A stretch of 32,000 nt of DNA from Xylanibacter ruminicola 23 (GTDB lineage: Bacteria; Bacteroidota; Bacteroidia; Bacteroidales; Bacteroidaceae). The notes under the pieces are model-generated. The model was not told where the DNA came from, searched no databases, and worked only from the letters and a program-made list of their open reading frames with translations. Each line of letters begins with the position of its first letter. Position 1 is the first letter of the stretch. Below, piece after piece: positions 1 to 8,418 of the stretch. The position numbers and the translations under genes are program-made. Where the stretch lies: the NCBI RefSeq assembly GCF_000025925.1, contig NC_014033.1, positions 3,540,001-3,572,000 of the forward strand, given 5' to 3'.

Positions 1-1
1 T

Positions 2-3000
2 ATCGGTTTCCAGACATCGCGTTTTACCGATATCCAGTTGGCCCTGGGTCAGAATGCTGTGGTTGATGCCACGCTGAGCGAGGGCTCAGAGATGATTCAG
101 GAGATTGTGGTAACAGCTAAGGCCAACAACACTATGCGTAGCGACCGTAGTGGCGCTGTAACCAGCCTGAACGCTAACCAGATGGCTGCTGTGCCTAATA
201 TCGGTCGTTCTATGCTGGATATCATGAAGATGACGCCACAGTCGAGCTCGGCCAGCGGTATGGCTATTGGTGGTGGAAACTACCGCCAGTCGTATGTCAC
301 CATCGATGGTGCCTCGTTCAACGATTCGTTCGGAATGGAACCCAGTCCGCTGCCTGGTGGCGGCACTCCCATCTCGCTCGAGGCACTCGATCAGATGACC
401 GTTTCGGTTACGCCTTACGATGTGCGTCAGAGTGGTTTTACTGGCGGTGGTGTGAATGCGGTTACCAAGAGTGGTACCAACACCTTTAAGGGTATGGCCT
501 ATACCTTCCTGACCAGTTCCGACCTGAAGGGTAAGAAGATTCGTAACGACCGGTTGCCCGTATCCAAGGGGCATAACAGCACCTTTGGCTTGAGCTTTGG
601 CGGACCGATTATCCAGGATAAGCTCTTCTTCTTCCTTAACGGCGAGTACGAGGATAATGTGACGGCTGGCCCAGCCGTGATGGCTTATAACCGCAGCGAC
701 CAGCCCTATTCGGCCACGAATCGTCGCCCCAAGTTGGCCGAGCTCGAGAGTCTGTCCACCTACATGCAGAACGCTTATGGTATTACCACAGGTCCTTGGC
801 AGAATTATAACCTGAAAACGCCCGCCTACCGTATTCTGGCCCGTATCGACTGGAACATCAACGACGATCATAAGTTTAATGTGCGCTTCACCAAGTCGAA
901 CCGTAAGGAGGCCAACCCCGCTTCGGCATCGCGTAGTATCGGTAGCAATCGCACCTCTATTATCTATGGTGGCAACCAGAACTCGTATGGCGGCAATACC
1001 GATTATGGTATGTCGTCGCTCTCAAGCCGTTATATGACCGAGTTCCGCTTCACTTCGGTGGCTGCCGAGCTCAATAGCAAGTTCGGTAAGCTGCATAACA
1101 CCCTGCGTGGCACCTACTCGTATCAGGACCAGCCCCGTAGCAACGAGTATGGTGTTGATGTACCTGTGGTTGAGATTGTGATGAGCGATGGTCAGGGCCA
1201 TTATCCTTACTGGGCGCTTACCGGCGATTTGTTTACTTATGGCAATGTGGCCAAAACCAAGACTACCGTGATTACCGACGAAATCAATATCCAGTTGGGT
1301 AAGCACAACCTGTTTGGCGGTTTGCAGTACGAGCACAACTGGGCTGCCAACGGCTATGCTCAGGCAGGTGCCGGCTATTATGCCTTCCAGGCCAGTCAGG
1401 ACGAGATAGATAAGGCCATCGTAAACAACGACTGGGGGCCGATTTTCGCAGTAGATCACACCCGCTTGTTTGGTATCACCTATGGCAATGGCGACAATCA
1501 CGATCATTTTTTGGCTAAGATGAGCACCAACCAGTGGTCGCTCTATCTGCAGGACAACATGAGCCTCTCCGATCGTTTCCGCATGTCGCTTGGTCTGCGT
1601 TTCGAGCTGCCGTCTTATCCCAGTCTGAAGGATAATTTCAACGAGGAGTATTATAAGATTAGCTTTGGTGGCGAGCATTTCCGCACCGATAACGTGCCAA
1701 ATGCCAGCATCTCGGTATCGCCGCGTGTGGGCTTCAACTGGGATATCACCGGCAATCGTAACCTGATACTGCGTGGTGGTTCGGGCCTCTTCATCGGTCG
1801 CCTGCCGTTTGTTTGGCTCATCTCGGCTGTAGGCAACTCAGGTATGGGACAAACCTCGTATATTGCCTCGCAAACCAAGGGTATTATTCCTACCTTTACC
1901 ACCAGTCAGCAGAATATGCTGCAGCAGATAGGTGCTCAGAGCAAGATTTCGGTGCCCAGCAGCGCCACTATCCTGAGCGATAACCTGCGTATGCCCAAAA
2001 CGTGGAAAACCTCGTTGGCACTCGATGCCAAGCTGCCTGGCGATATCGACTTTACCATCGAGGGTATCTATAACCGCGATATCAACCCCGTAGTAGTGGC
2101 CAATCGCGACATCTACTGGGATGGCACTTCTACTATCGACTTAGGTCACGGCGATGTGCGCCATAAGATGTCGTATTACGATGCCAACTCTTCCGCTTAT
2201 GTGCTCGAGAATGCAGGTCATAAGGCCTACTATATGTCGCTCAGCGCCCAGTTGCGTAAGAAGTTCGACTTTGGTCTCGATCTCTCGGCCAGCTACACCA
2301 TCTCAAGGGCCAAGACCTATACCGATGGTATCGGCAACCAGGTGGCATCGGCCTATAACAACTACCGCAACTCGGTTAATGCCGTTAATGATAACGAGCT
2401 GGGTTACGCCACCTACGTGGCTCCTAACCGCTTGCTGCTCTCGGCCAGCTACACACTCAACGAGGGAAAGAACAACACCTCGCACTTCTCGTTGGTTTAC
2501 GATGGCTACCAGTATGGTTTCCTTACCGAGTATGCCTTCAGCCGTTACAGCTATATCTTCTCGGCCAATGTTAACAGCGACGCCTTGGCGCCTGCCAACC
2601 TGATTTATGTGCCCGCCTCGCGCCAGGAACTCGACAGCTGGGACTTTGCCGAGAGTACCTACGGCGCTAACCATCAGGTATATACCGCCCAGATGCAGCG
2701 CGACGATTTCTGGGCCTATATCCAGCAGGACGATTATCTGAAGCATCGCACCGGTAAGTATGCCGAGCGTGGTGGCGCTAAGATGCCTTGGCACCATCAG
2801 ATCGACTTTAAGTTCGAGCATGATATGAGTCTCCTCTGCGGTAAAACCAAGCACACCCTGCAGTTAGGTGTCGATATCCTCAACCTGCCCAATTTCCTTA
2901 ACAAGAAGTGGGGACTTTACAAGCAGGTTACCGAAACGTCGCTGCTCTCTTATAGCAAGGGTCAATACACCTATAACACCGTTAATGGCGAGCGCCACCT

Positions 3001-3076
3001 GCACACCTATTCCGATTTCCTCGGTCTGCAGTCAACGTATCAGATTATGTTTACTATTCGTTATCTGTTTAATTAA
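2..3076 (+). CDS. TonB-dependent outer-membrane receptor (N-terminus lies upstream of the window)
   Basis: The frame stays open from base 2; the track ORF 38..3076 begins at an internal TTG. Plug-like segment (EIVVTAK, GGVNAVTKSGTN), then about 1000 aa of beta-barrel-type sequence ending in aromatic ...TIRYLFN. A hairpin terminator follows. Confidence 0.85.
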   Translation: MGFQTSRFTDIQLALGQNAVVDATLSEGSEMIQEIVVTAKANNTMRSDRSGAVTSLNANQMAAVPNIGRSMLDIMKMTPQSSSASGMAIGGGNYRQSYVTIDGASFNDSFGMEPSPLPGGGTPISLEALDQMTVSVTPYDVRQSGFTGGGVNAVTKSGTNTFKGMAYTFLTSSDLKGKKIRNDRLPVSKGHNSTFGLSFGGPIIQDKLFFFLNGEYEDNVTAGPAVMAYNRSDQPYSATNRRPKLAELESLSTYMQNAYGITTGPWQNYNLKTPAYRILARIDWNINDDHKFNVRFTKSNRKEANPASASRSIGSNRTSIIYGGNQNSYGGNTDYGMSSLSSRYMTEFRFTSVAAELNSKFGKLHNTLRGTYSYQDQPRSNEYGVDVPVVEIVMSDGQGHYPYWALTGDLFTYGNVAKTKTTVITDEINIQLGKHNLFGGLQYEHNWAANGYAQAGAGYYAFQASQDEIDKAIVNNDWGPIFAVDHTRLFGITYGNGDNHDHFLAKMSTNQWSLYLQDNMSLSDRFRMSLGLRFELPSYPSLKDNFNEEYYKISFGGEHFRTDNVPNASISVSPRVGFNWDITGNRNLILRGGSGLFIGRLPFVWLISAVGNSGMGQTSYIASQTKGIIPTFTTSQQNMLQQIGAQSKISVPSSATILSDNLRMPKTWKTSLALDAKLPGDIDFTIEGIYNRDINPVVVANRDIYWDGTSTIDLGHGDVRHKMSYYDANSSAYVLENAGHKAYYMSLSAQLRKKFDFGLDLSASYTISRAKTYTDGIGNQVASAYNNYRNSVNAVNDNELGYATYVAPNRLLLSASYTLNEGKNNTSHFSLVYDGYQYGFLTEYAFSRYSYIFSANVNSDALAPANLIYVPASRQELDSWDFAESTYGANHQVYTAQMQRDDFWAYIQQDDYLKHRTGKYAERGGAKMPWHHQIDFKFEHDMSLLCGKTKHTLQLGVDILNLPNFLNKKWGLYKQVTETSLLSYSKGQYTYNTVNGERHLHTYSDFLGLQSTYQIMFTIRYLFN

Positions 3077-3084
3077 TAGAGATT

Positions 3085-3110
3085 AATCCTCGCCAAAAGG
3101 CGGGGATTTT
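3085..3110 (+). terminator. Rho-independent terminator after the receptor gene
   Basis: aatcctcgcc-aaaa-ggcggggatt: 10-bp stem including one G.U, tetraloop, followed by a T-rich tail. Confidence 0.7.
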
Positions 3111-3130
3111 CTATGATTTTATGTTAATTA

Positions 3131-3158
3131 TCAACTTTCAATTCTCAATTATCAATTT
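3131..3158 (+). repeat. Heptamer array TCAAYTN x4 (tcaactt tcaattc tcaatta tcaattt)
   Basis: Direct reading. It lies between the terminator and the glyQS promoter. The same unit family occurs inside dxs at 11497-11530. Confidence 0.8.
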
Positions 3159-3165
3159 ATTTGTG

Positions 3166-3173
3166 TAACTTTG
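3166..3173 (+). promoter_or_regulatory. Bacteroidetes -7 promoter motif TAnnTTTG (taactttg) for glyQS
   Basis: Exact motif match 44 nt upstream of the glyQS ATG. Confidence 0.55.
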
Positions 3174-3216
3174 CAGCCAAATTATATTATAGTAAATTGT
3201 CAAATTGTAAATAGAG

Positions 3217-4758
3217 ATGGCACAAGAAGATGTATTTAAGAAGATCGTGAGCCACTGTAAGGAGTATGGCTTTGTATTCCCCTCAAGTGAGATTTACGAT
3301 GGTTTAGGAGCCGTTTACGATTACGGTCAGAACGGTGTAGAGTTGAAGAATAACATTAAGCAGTATTGGTGGAAGGCTATGACGATGCTTCACGAGAACA
3401 TCGTTGGTATCGATAGTGCCATCTTTATGCACCCCACCATTTGGAAGGCATCAGGTCACGTTGATGCTTTCAACGATCCCTTGATTGACAACCGCGACTC
3501 AAAGAAGCGTTACCGCGCCGATGTACTCATCGAGGATCAGATTGCCAAGTACGACGAGAAGATCCAGAAGGAGGTTGAGAAGGCCCGCAAGCGTTTTGGC
3601 GACAGCTTCGACGAGGCAAAGTATATGGAAACCAGCGAGCGCGTAAAGGAGACTAAGGAGAAGCGCGACAATCTGCACGCCCGTTATGCCGAGGCTATGC
3701 AGGGTCCCGATCTCGAGGCTCTGAAGCAGATTATCCTCGACGAGGAGATTGTTGATCCTATCAGCGGTACCAAGAACTGGACCGACGTTCGTCAGTTCAA
3801 CCTGATGTTCGCTACCGAGATGGGTGCCAGCGCCGATGCTTCGATGAAGGTTTACCTGCGTCCTGAGACTGCTCAGGGTATCTTCGTAAACTACCTGAAC
3901 GTGCAGAAGACCGGTCGTATGAAGATTCCTTTCGGTATCGCTCAGATTGGTAAGGCTTTCCGTAACGAGATTGTAGCCCGTCAGTTCATCTTCCGTATGC
4001 GTGAGTTCGAGCAGATGGAGATGCAGTTTTTTGTAGCTCCTGGTACCGAGCTCGAGTGGTTCCCCAAGTGGAAGGAAACCCGTATGAAGTGGCACCAGGC
4101 TCTGGGCTTCGGCGCCGAGAACTATCGTTTCCACGACCACGAAAAGTTGGCTCACTATGCTAATGCAGCTACCGATATCGAGTTCAAGATGCCATTCGGC
4201 TTCAAGGAGGTTGAGGGTATCCACTCTCGTACCAATTTCGACCTGAGCCAGCACGAGAAGTTCTCTGGTAAGAGCATCAAGTACTTCGATCCTCAGACCA
4301 ACGAGAGTTATACTCCATACGTTATCGAGACTTCTATCGGTGTCGATCGTATGTTCCTCAGCATCATGTGCCACGCTTTCGAGGAGGAGAAGCTCGAGAA
4401 TGGCGAGACTCGTACCGTACTCAAGTTGCCCGCAGCCCTCGCACCAGTTAAGTGCGCTGTTATGCCTCTGGTTAAGAAGGACGGTCTGCCCGAGAAGGCA
4501 CGCGAGATTATCGACCAGCTCAAGTTCCACTTCAACTGTCAGTACGACGAGAAGGATTCTATCGGTAAGCGTTATCGTCGTCAGGATGCCATTGGTACTC
4601 CTTACTGCGTAACTGTCGATCACGACACCCTCACCGATGGTAAGGTAACTCTGCGTTTCCGCGACACTATGGAGCAGGAGCGTGTAAACATCAGCGATCT
4701 TAACTCAATCATCGAGGATAAGGTAAGCATCGCCAGTCTGCTTAAGAAGCTTCAGTAA
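3217..4758 (+). CDS. glyQS: Glycine--tRNA ligase (dimeric class II type)
   Basis: 513 aa. N-terminus MAQEDVFKKIVSHCKEYGFVFPSSEIYDGLGAVYDYGQNG and class II block FRNEIVARQFIFRMREFEQMEMQFF are characteristic of this enzyme. Confidence 0.95.
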   Translation: MAQEDVFKKIVSHCKEYGFVFPSSEIYDGLGAVYDYGQNGVELKNNIKQYWWKAMTMLHENIVGIDSAIFMHPTIWKASGHVDAFNDPLIDNRDSKKRYRADVLIEDQIAKYDEKIQKEVEKARKRFGDSFDEAKYMETSERVKETKEKRDNLHARYAEAMQGPDLEALKQIILDEEIVDPISGTKNWTDVRQFNLMFATEMGASADASMKVYLRPETAQGIFVNYLNVQKTGRMKIPFGIAQIGKAFRNEIVARQFIFRMREFEQMEMQFFVAPGTELEWFPKWKETRMKWHQALGFGAENYRFHDHEKLAHYANAATDIEFKMPFGFKEVEGIHSRTNFDLSQHEKFSGKSIKYFDPQTNESYTPYVIETSIGVDRMFLSIMCHAFEEEKLENGETRTVLKLPAALAPVKCAVMPLVKKDGLPEKAREIIDQLKFHFNCQYDEKDSIGKRYRRQDAIGTPYCVTVDHDTLTDGKVTLRFRDTMEQERVNISDLNSIIEDKVSIASLLKKLQ

Positions 4759-4761
4759 ACA

Positions 4762-5403
4762 ATGAAGAATTTAAAATACATATGGCTCGCTTTGATACTG
4801 TTCCCACTTGTGGGAATGGTATCATCGTGCACCGAAGATGAGACCGAAGAGGGAGAGTTCGACAACTGGAAACAGAAGAACGAGTCCTACTTTAATCAGG
4901 TAGTTTCTAATCCAAACTACAAGAAAATCCTGACCTACACAAAGGATACCACAAATCCCAGTATTACCGATGCCGACTACATCTACGTAGATGTGCTGGA
5001 GGAGGGAAGTGGCACCGAAACAGCACTTTTCACCGACTCTGTGTTCTATACCTATCGCGGTAGATTGATTCCATCAAAGACGTACGAGAAGGGTTATGTG
5101 TTCGATCAGTCGTTCTTGGGCGATTTCGATTGGTCAAAATCTGCTATGCGAAAGGCATGCGCTAGTTGGAATCCAGTTGTCACAGCGTCGGGTACAATAA
5201 ACACTTTGTGGAGCGAGGGATTCTGCACAGCCCTGCAGCATATGAAGAAAGGCGACCATTGGATGGTTTATATCCCCTATCAGCTTGCTTATGGAGAATC
5301 TGGCAATCGAGATGGAAGCGTTCCTGGATATAGCAATCTTGTTTTTGAACTTGCCGTTTCCGATATATGGCACCCAGGCGAATCGCGCCCTGCTTTTAAG
5401 TAA
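4762..5403 (+). CDS. FKBP-type peptidyl-prolyl isomerase-like lipoprotein
   Basis: Lipoprotein signal ...LVGMVSSC. C-terminal FKBP-like block ALQHMKKGDHWMVYIPYQLAYG...NLVFELAVSDI. Starts 3 nt after the glyQS stop. Confidence 0.7.
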   Translation: MKNLKYIWLALILFPLVGMVSSCTEDETEEGEFDNWKQKNESYFNQVVSNPNYKKILTYTKDTTNPSITDADYIYVDVLEEGSGTETALFTDSVFYTYRGRLIPSKTYEKGYVFDQSFLGDFDWSKSAMRKACASWNPVVTASGTINTLWSEGFCTALQHMKKGDHWMVYIPYQLAYGESGNRDGSVPGYSNLVFELAVSDIWHPGESRPAFK

Positions 5404-5446
5404 GTAGCACTAAGAATAACAAAACTTTTTATAAAATCCATTGCCT

Positions 5447-6283
5447 ATGCCTAAATACGCCGATTACATTAAACGCATCGAGATCGACTCGCTTTGGAGC
5501 GGGAAGAAACATATTGTGTGGGAGCTTAACCGTCAGGTTAACATCCTCAGTGGTACTAACGGTCAGGGCAAAAGTACCATCCTGAATAAGGTGGTAAAGG
5601 GTTTGATTGCAGGTGGCGAGTTCCCCTCGCACATGCTCAAGGGTGTTCACTTGGATGTGGTGCCCGAGGATGCCAAGTGGATTCGTTACGACATGATTCG
5701 TTCGCTCGATACCAACCTGCAGCAGGCATTGGCCGAGGGCGAGGGATTCCTCCGTCAGGCCTTTTCGGCATTGGCTGGTGTTGGTGGCGGTTCGCTGCTC
5801 GATATCCAGCTCTACAACCTGCAGCGCAAGTACCTTGATTATCAGGTAAACATAGGCAATCGCATTATCGAAAAACTGCAGAGCGGCGATACCGATGCCG
5901 CTCAGCAGCTTTCACAAAAAAAGTCACGTTTCCAGGACATTGTAGATGACCTGTTCCGCGAAACGGGCAAAAAGATTATCCGTACCGAGAACGAACTGCG
6001 CTTCACCCAGATAGGCGAGGTGCTGCTGCCCTATCAGTTGTCGAGCGGCGAGAAGCAGATGCTCATCATCCTGCTCACCGTGCTGGTCGAGGACAACCAG
6101 CCTTACGTGCTGTTTATGGACGAACCCGAGGTGTCGCTCCATCTCGAATGGCAGAAGCGTCTGGTCGATCTCTGTGTCGAACTTAACCCTAACGTACAGA
6201 TTATCCTCACCACCCATTCGCCCGCCATCGTCATGAATGGTTGGGTTGATGCCGTTACCGAAGTAAGCGATATAACAGTATAA
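5447..6283 (+). CDS. Compact ABC/SMC-type ATPase (AriA-like partner of DUF4435)
   Basis: 278 aa from the ATG at 5447 (track start 5441 is TTG). Walker A GTNGQGKST, signature-like LSSGEKQ, Walker B VLFMDEPEVSLH, H-loop TTHSP. Confidence 0.8.
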   Translation: MPKYADYIKRIEIDSLWSGKKHIVWELNRQVNILSGTNGQGKSTILNKVVKGLIAGGEFPSHMLKGVHLDVVPEDAKWIRYDMIRSLDTNLQQALAEGEGFLRQAFSALAGVGGGSLLDIQLYNLQRKYLDYQVNIGNRIIEKLQSGDTDAAQQLSQKKSRFQDIVDDLFRETGKKIIRTENELRFTQIGEVLLPYQLSSGEKQMLIILLTVLVEDNQPYVLFMDEPEVSLHLEWQKRLVDLCVELNPNVQIILTTHSPAIVMNGWVDAVTEVSDITV

Positions 6284-6287
6284 TTTA

Positions 6288-6345
6288 GCAGCGGACTACA
6301 CGACTTTAGGAATAAGGAAAATCGTAAAGTCCTGTTGTCCGTTGC
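6288..6345. repeat. Palindromic element copy 1 (21-nt arms, 16-nt loop) in the ATPase-DUF4435 spacer
   Basis: Left arm gcagcggactacacgacttta (6288-6308) against right arm taaagtcctgttgtccgttgc (6325-6345): 18 Watson-Crick pairs, 1 G.U and 2 mismatches. The right arm plus flank is about 90 percent identical to 28044-28078. Confidence 0.8.
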
Positions 6346-6358
6346 AAATAAATGAAGA

Positions 6359-7357
6359 ATGGGAAGTAGATTAAAAGATAATCTGAATAGCAAGTATTTC
6401 GAGGCGGCCAATGCGCTCACCTCTAAAAAGGCGCGACGTAGGATAGTGGCCTATGTCGAGAGCTACGATGATATCTACTTCTGGCGCACCGTTCTCAGCG
6501 AGTTCGAGAACGATAAGCGCTACTTCGAGGTGATGCTGCCCTCAAAAATCAATCTCACACGCGGCAAGAAATCCGTACTGATGAACTTCCTCGAGGGCGA
6601 GCCATTGGGACGCGATATGATTGCCTGCGTAGATGCCGATTACGACTACCTGATGCAGGGTCGCACCCATCAGTCGCAGCGCATCCTGAACAGTCCGTAC
6701 GTGTTCCACACCTACGTGTATGCCATCGAGAATTTTCAGTGTTACGCCCCTTCGCTGCATAATGTATGCGTGTCGGTAACGCTCAACGATCATCGCATCT
6801 TCGATTTCCGCGATTACTTCCAGCAGTTCTCCGAGGCCATCTTCCCACTTTTTGTGTGGAGTGTCATGGTGTATCGCAATGGCAATTACTCACGGTTCTC
6901 TATCACCGACTTCTGTCGTATTGCCGATCCGGGCGGTTTCAGTGTGCAGAATCCCGCAGCCTCTATCAACAACGTGAAGCGTAAGGTGCGCACCAAGATC
7001 AACGATCTGCAGCGCCAGTTCCCCGATGCCAAAGATGAGTATCTGCGTACCAAGGACGATATCCGTGCTTTAGGCGTAACGCCGCAAACCACCTATCTTT
7101 ATATACAGGGTCATCATTTGTTCGACACCGTTGTGTCGCCCATCCTGTCAAAGGTGTGCAATCTGTTACGCCAGGAGCGCCAGAACGAAATCTATCACGC
7201 CTCTGCCCATCGTACGCAGAAGCGAAACGAAATGTCCTGCTACGAAAACTCGCTGCAGGACATTAAAACGATGCTTAAGAAAAACACGGGCTACATGAGT
7301 TGCGAGCAATTCCAACGCCTGCAGTCCGACATCCATAATTATTTAGGCACGGATTAA
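6359..7357 (+). CDS. DUF4435/TOPRIM-like protein (AriB/OLD-nuclease-like)
   Basis: 332 aa. Acidic motif RIVAYVESYDDIYFW, DxD in CVDADYDY, and YAIENFQCY, as I recall for DUF4435. Directly downstream of the ATPase. Confidence 0.72.
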   Translation: MGSRLKDNLNSKYFEAANALTSKKARRRIVAYVESYDDIYFWRTVLSEFENDKRYFEVMLPSKINLTRGKKSVLMNFLEGEPLGRDMIACVDADYDYLMQGRTHQSQRILNSPYVFHTYVYAIENFQCYAPSLHNVCVSVTLNDHRIFDFRDYFQQFSEAIFPLFVWSVMVYRNGNYSRFSITDFCRIADPGGFSVQNPAASINNVKRKVRTKINDLQRQFPDAKDEYLRTKDDIRALGVTPQTTYLYIQGHHLFDTVVSPILSKVCNLLRQERQNEIYHASAHRTQKRNEMSCYENSLQDIKTMLKKNTGYMSCEQFQRLQSDIHNYLGTD

Positions 7358-7438
7358 CACGGCTTTATAAATAAAGACACGGCTGTTGTTAACGAAAAAG
7401 CAGCGTCTCTCTAAAAGAGAGCCGTGTTAATCCGTGCC
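7346..7438. terminator. Bidirectional terminator region between convergent DUF4435 and manA genes
   Basis: Perfect 18-bp inverted repeat: ggcacggattaacacggc (7346-7363, overlapping the DUF4435 stop) and gccgtgttaatccgtgcc (7421-7438). Inner hairpin tctctc-taaaa-gagaga. Confidence 0.6.
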
Positions 7439-7446
7439 AAAAATAA

Positions 7447-8400
7447 TTAAACGAACGTCTCTAAGAATTTTACTTCGCCAGATACTTTTACTTCGGCGGT
7501 AGTGGCGGGCTGCAGGATGGTGTCACCCATGCGGAAGGTTGTCTCCTGGCCGTTGGCTTTGATGGTGCCCTCGCCCTTTACGGCAATCAGGATTACAAAC
7601 GAGTCAAGCTCTGTGTAATCGAGTGTCATAGGCTCAGTCAAGTCGTAAATGGCTGTGGTAAAGTAGGGGCATGTAGCCACCTGTACGCCCTCGTTCTTGG
7701 TGCGCTCGTACTCGGCACGATAGTTGGGCAGCACGGTGTAGTCGATGCTCTCGGCCGCCAGCTCGGTGTGCAGCTCGCGGTAGTTGCCGTTCTTGTCCTT
7801 ACGCTTAAAGTCGTAAATGCGGTAGGTTACGTCGCTTGTCTGCTGTATCTCAGCCACAAAGCAACCGGCACCAATGGCGTGTATGCGGCCGGCTGGAATA
7901 AAGAATACGTCGCCCTCGTTCACCTCGTAGCGTGCCAGCGCATCCGTAATCGTATCGTTCTCAACCATCTGCTTGTACTGCTCAGGCGTAATCTGCTGTT
8001 TCAGTCCGTTGTACAGCTGTGCACCTGGGGCACTCTCAAGGGCATACCACATCTCGGTTTTGCCGCGTGTTTTACCCTGTCGGTGGGCAATCTCATCGGT
8101 AGGGTGTACCTGTATGCTCAGGTCCTGACGGGCATCTATAAACTTAATCAGCAGGGGAAACTCGTCGCCAAAGCGCTCGTAGTTCTCCTGGCCCACCAGC
8201 TTATCTTTCAGCTCGCGTACCAGTTGGTTCAGGCTCTTGCCTTTGTACTCACCCTCGCTTACGATGGTCTCGTTGTCCTTTACACCCGAAATCTCCCAGC
8301 TCTCGCCTACATTCTCCAGGGTGTCGTTTAAATGCTTAAAGGGGATAATCTTGTCGCCTCCCCACAGTGTCTGCTTCAGCAGCGGTTCAAATTTAATCAT
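7447..8400 (-). CDS. manA: Mannose-6-phosphate isomerase, class I
   Basis: 317 aa. MIKFEPLLKQTLWGGDKI start and cupin metal-site blocks QVHPTD, TEMWY, GRIHAIGAG. Confidence 0.9.
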   Translation of the reverse strand: MIKFEPLLKQTLWGGDKIIPFKHLNDTLENVGESWEISGVKDNETIVSEGEYKGKSLNQLVRELKDKLVGQENYERFGDEFPLLIKFIDARQDLSIQVHPTDEIAHRQGKTRGKTEMWYALESAPGAQLYNGLKQQITPEQYKQMVENDTITDALARYEVNEGDVFFIPAGRIHAIGAGCFVAEIQQTSDVTYRIYDFKRKDKNGNYRELHTELAAESIDYTVLPNYRAEYERTKNEGVQVATCPYFTTAIYDLTEPMTLDYTELDSFVILIAVKGEGTIKANGQETTFRMGDTILQPATTAEVKVSGEVKFLETFV

Positions 8401-8418
8401 AGCTATATTAGTGTTAGT

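Noticed and set aside
86-2854. Minus-strand ORFs 86-871, 1022-1678, 1651-1902, 2303-2854 and plus-strand 2154-2603 within the TonB-dependent receptor gene
   Set aside because: All overlap the 1025-codon receptor frame, which has plug and barrel features. Their compositions are typical of off-frame translation.
3499-4623. 374-aa minus-strand ORF opposite glyQS
   Set aside because: Antisense shadow of a highly conserved aaRS gene; Leu-rich nonsense-like composition.
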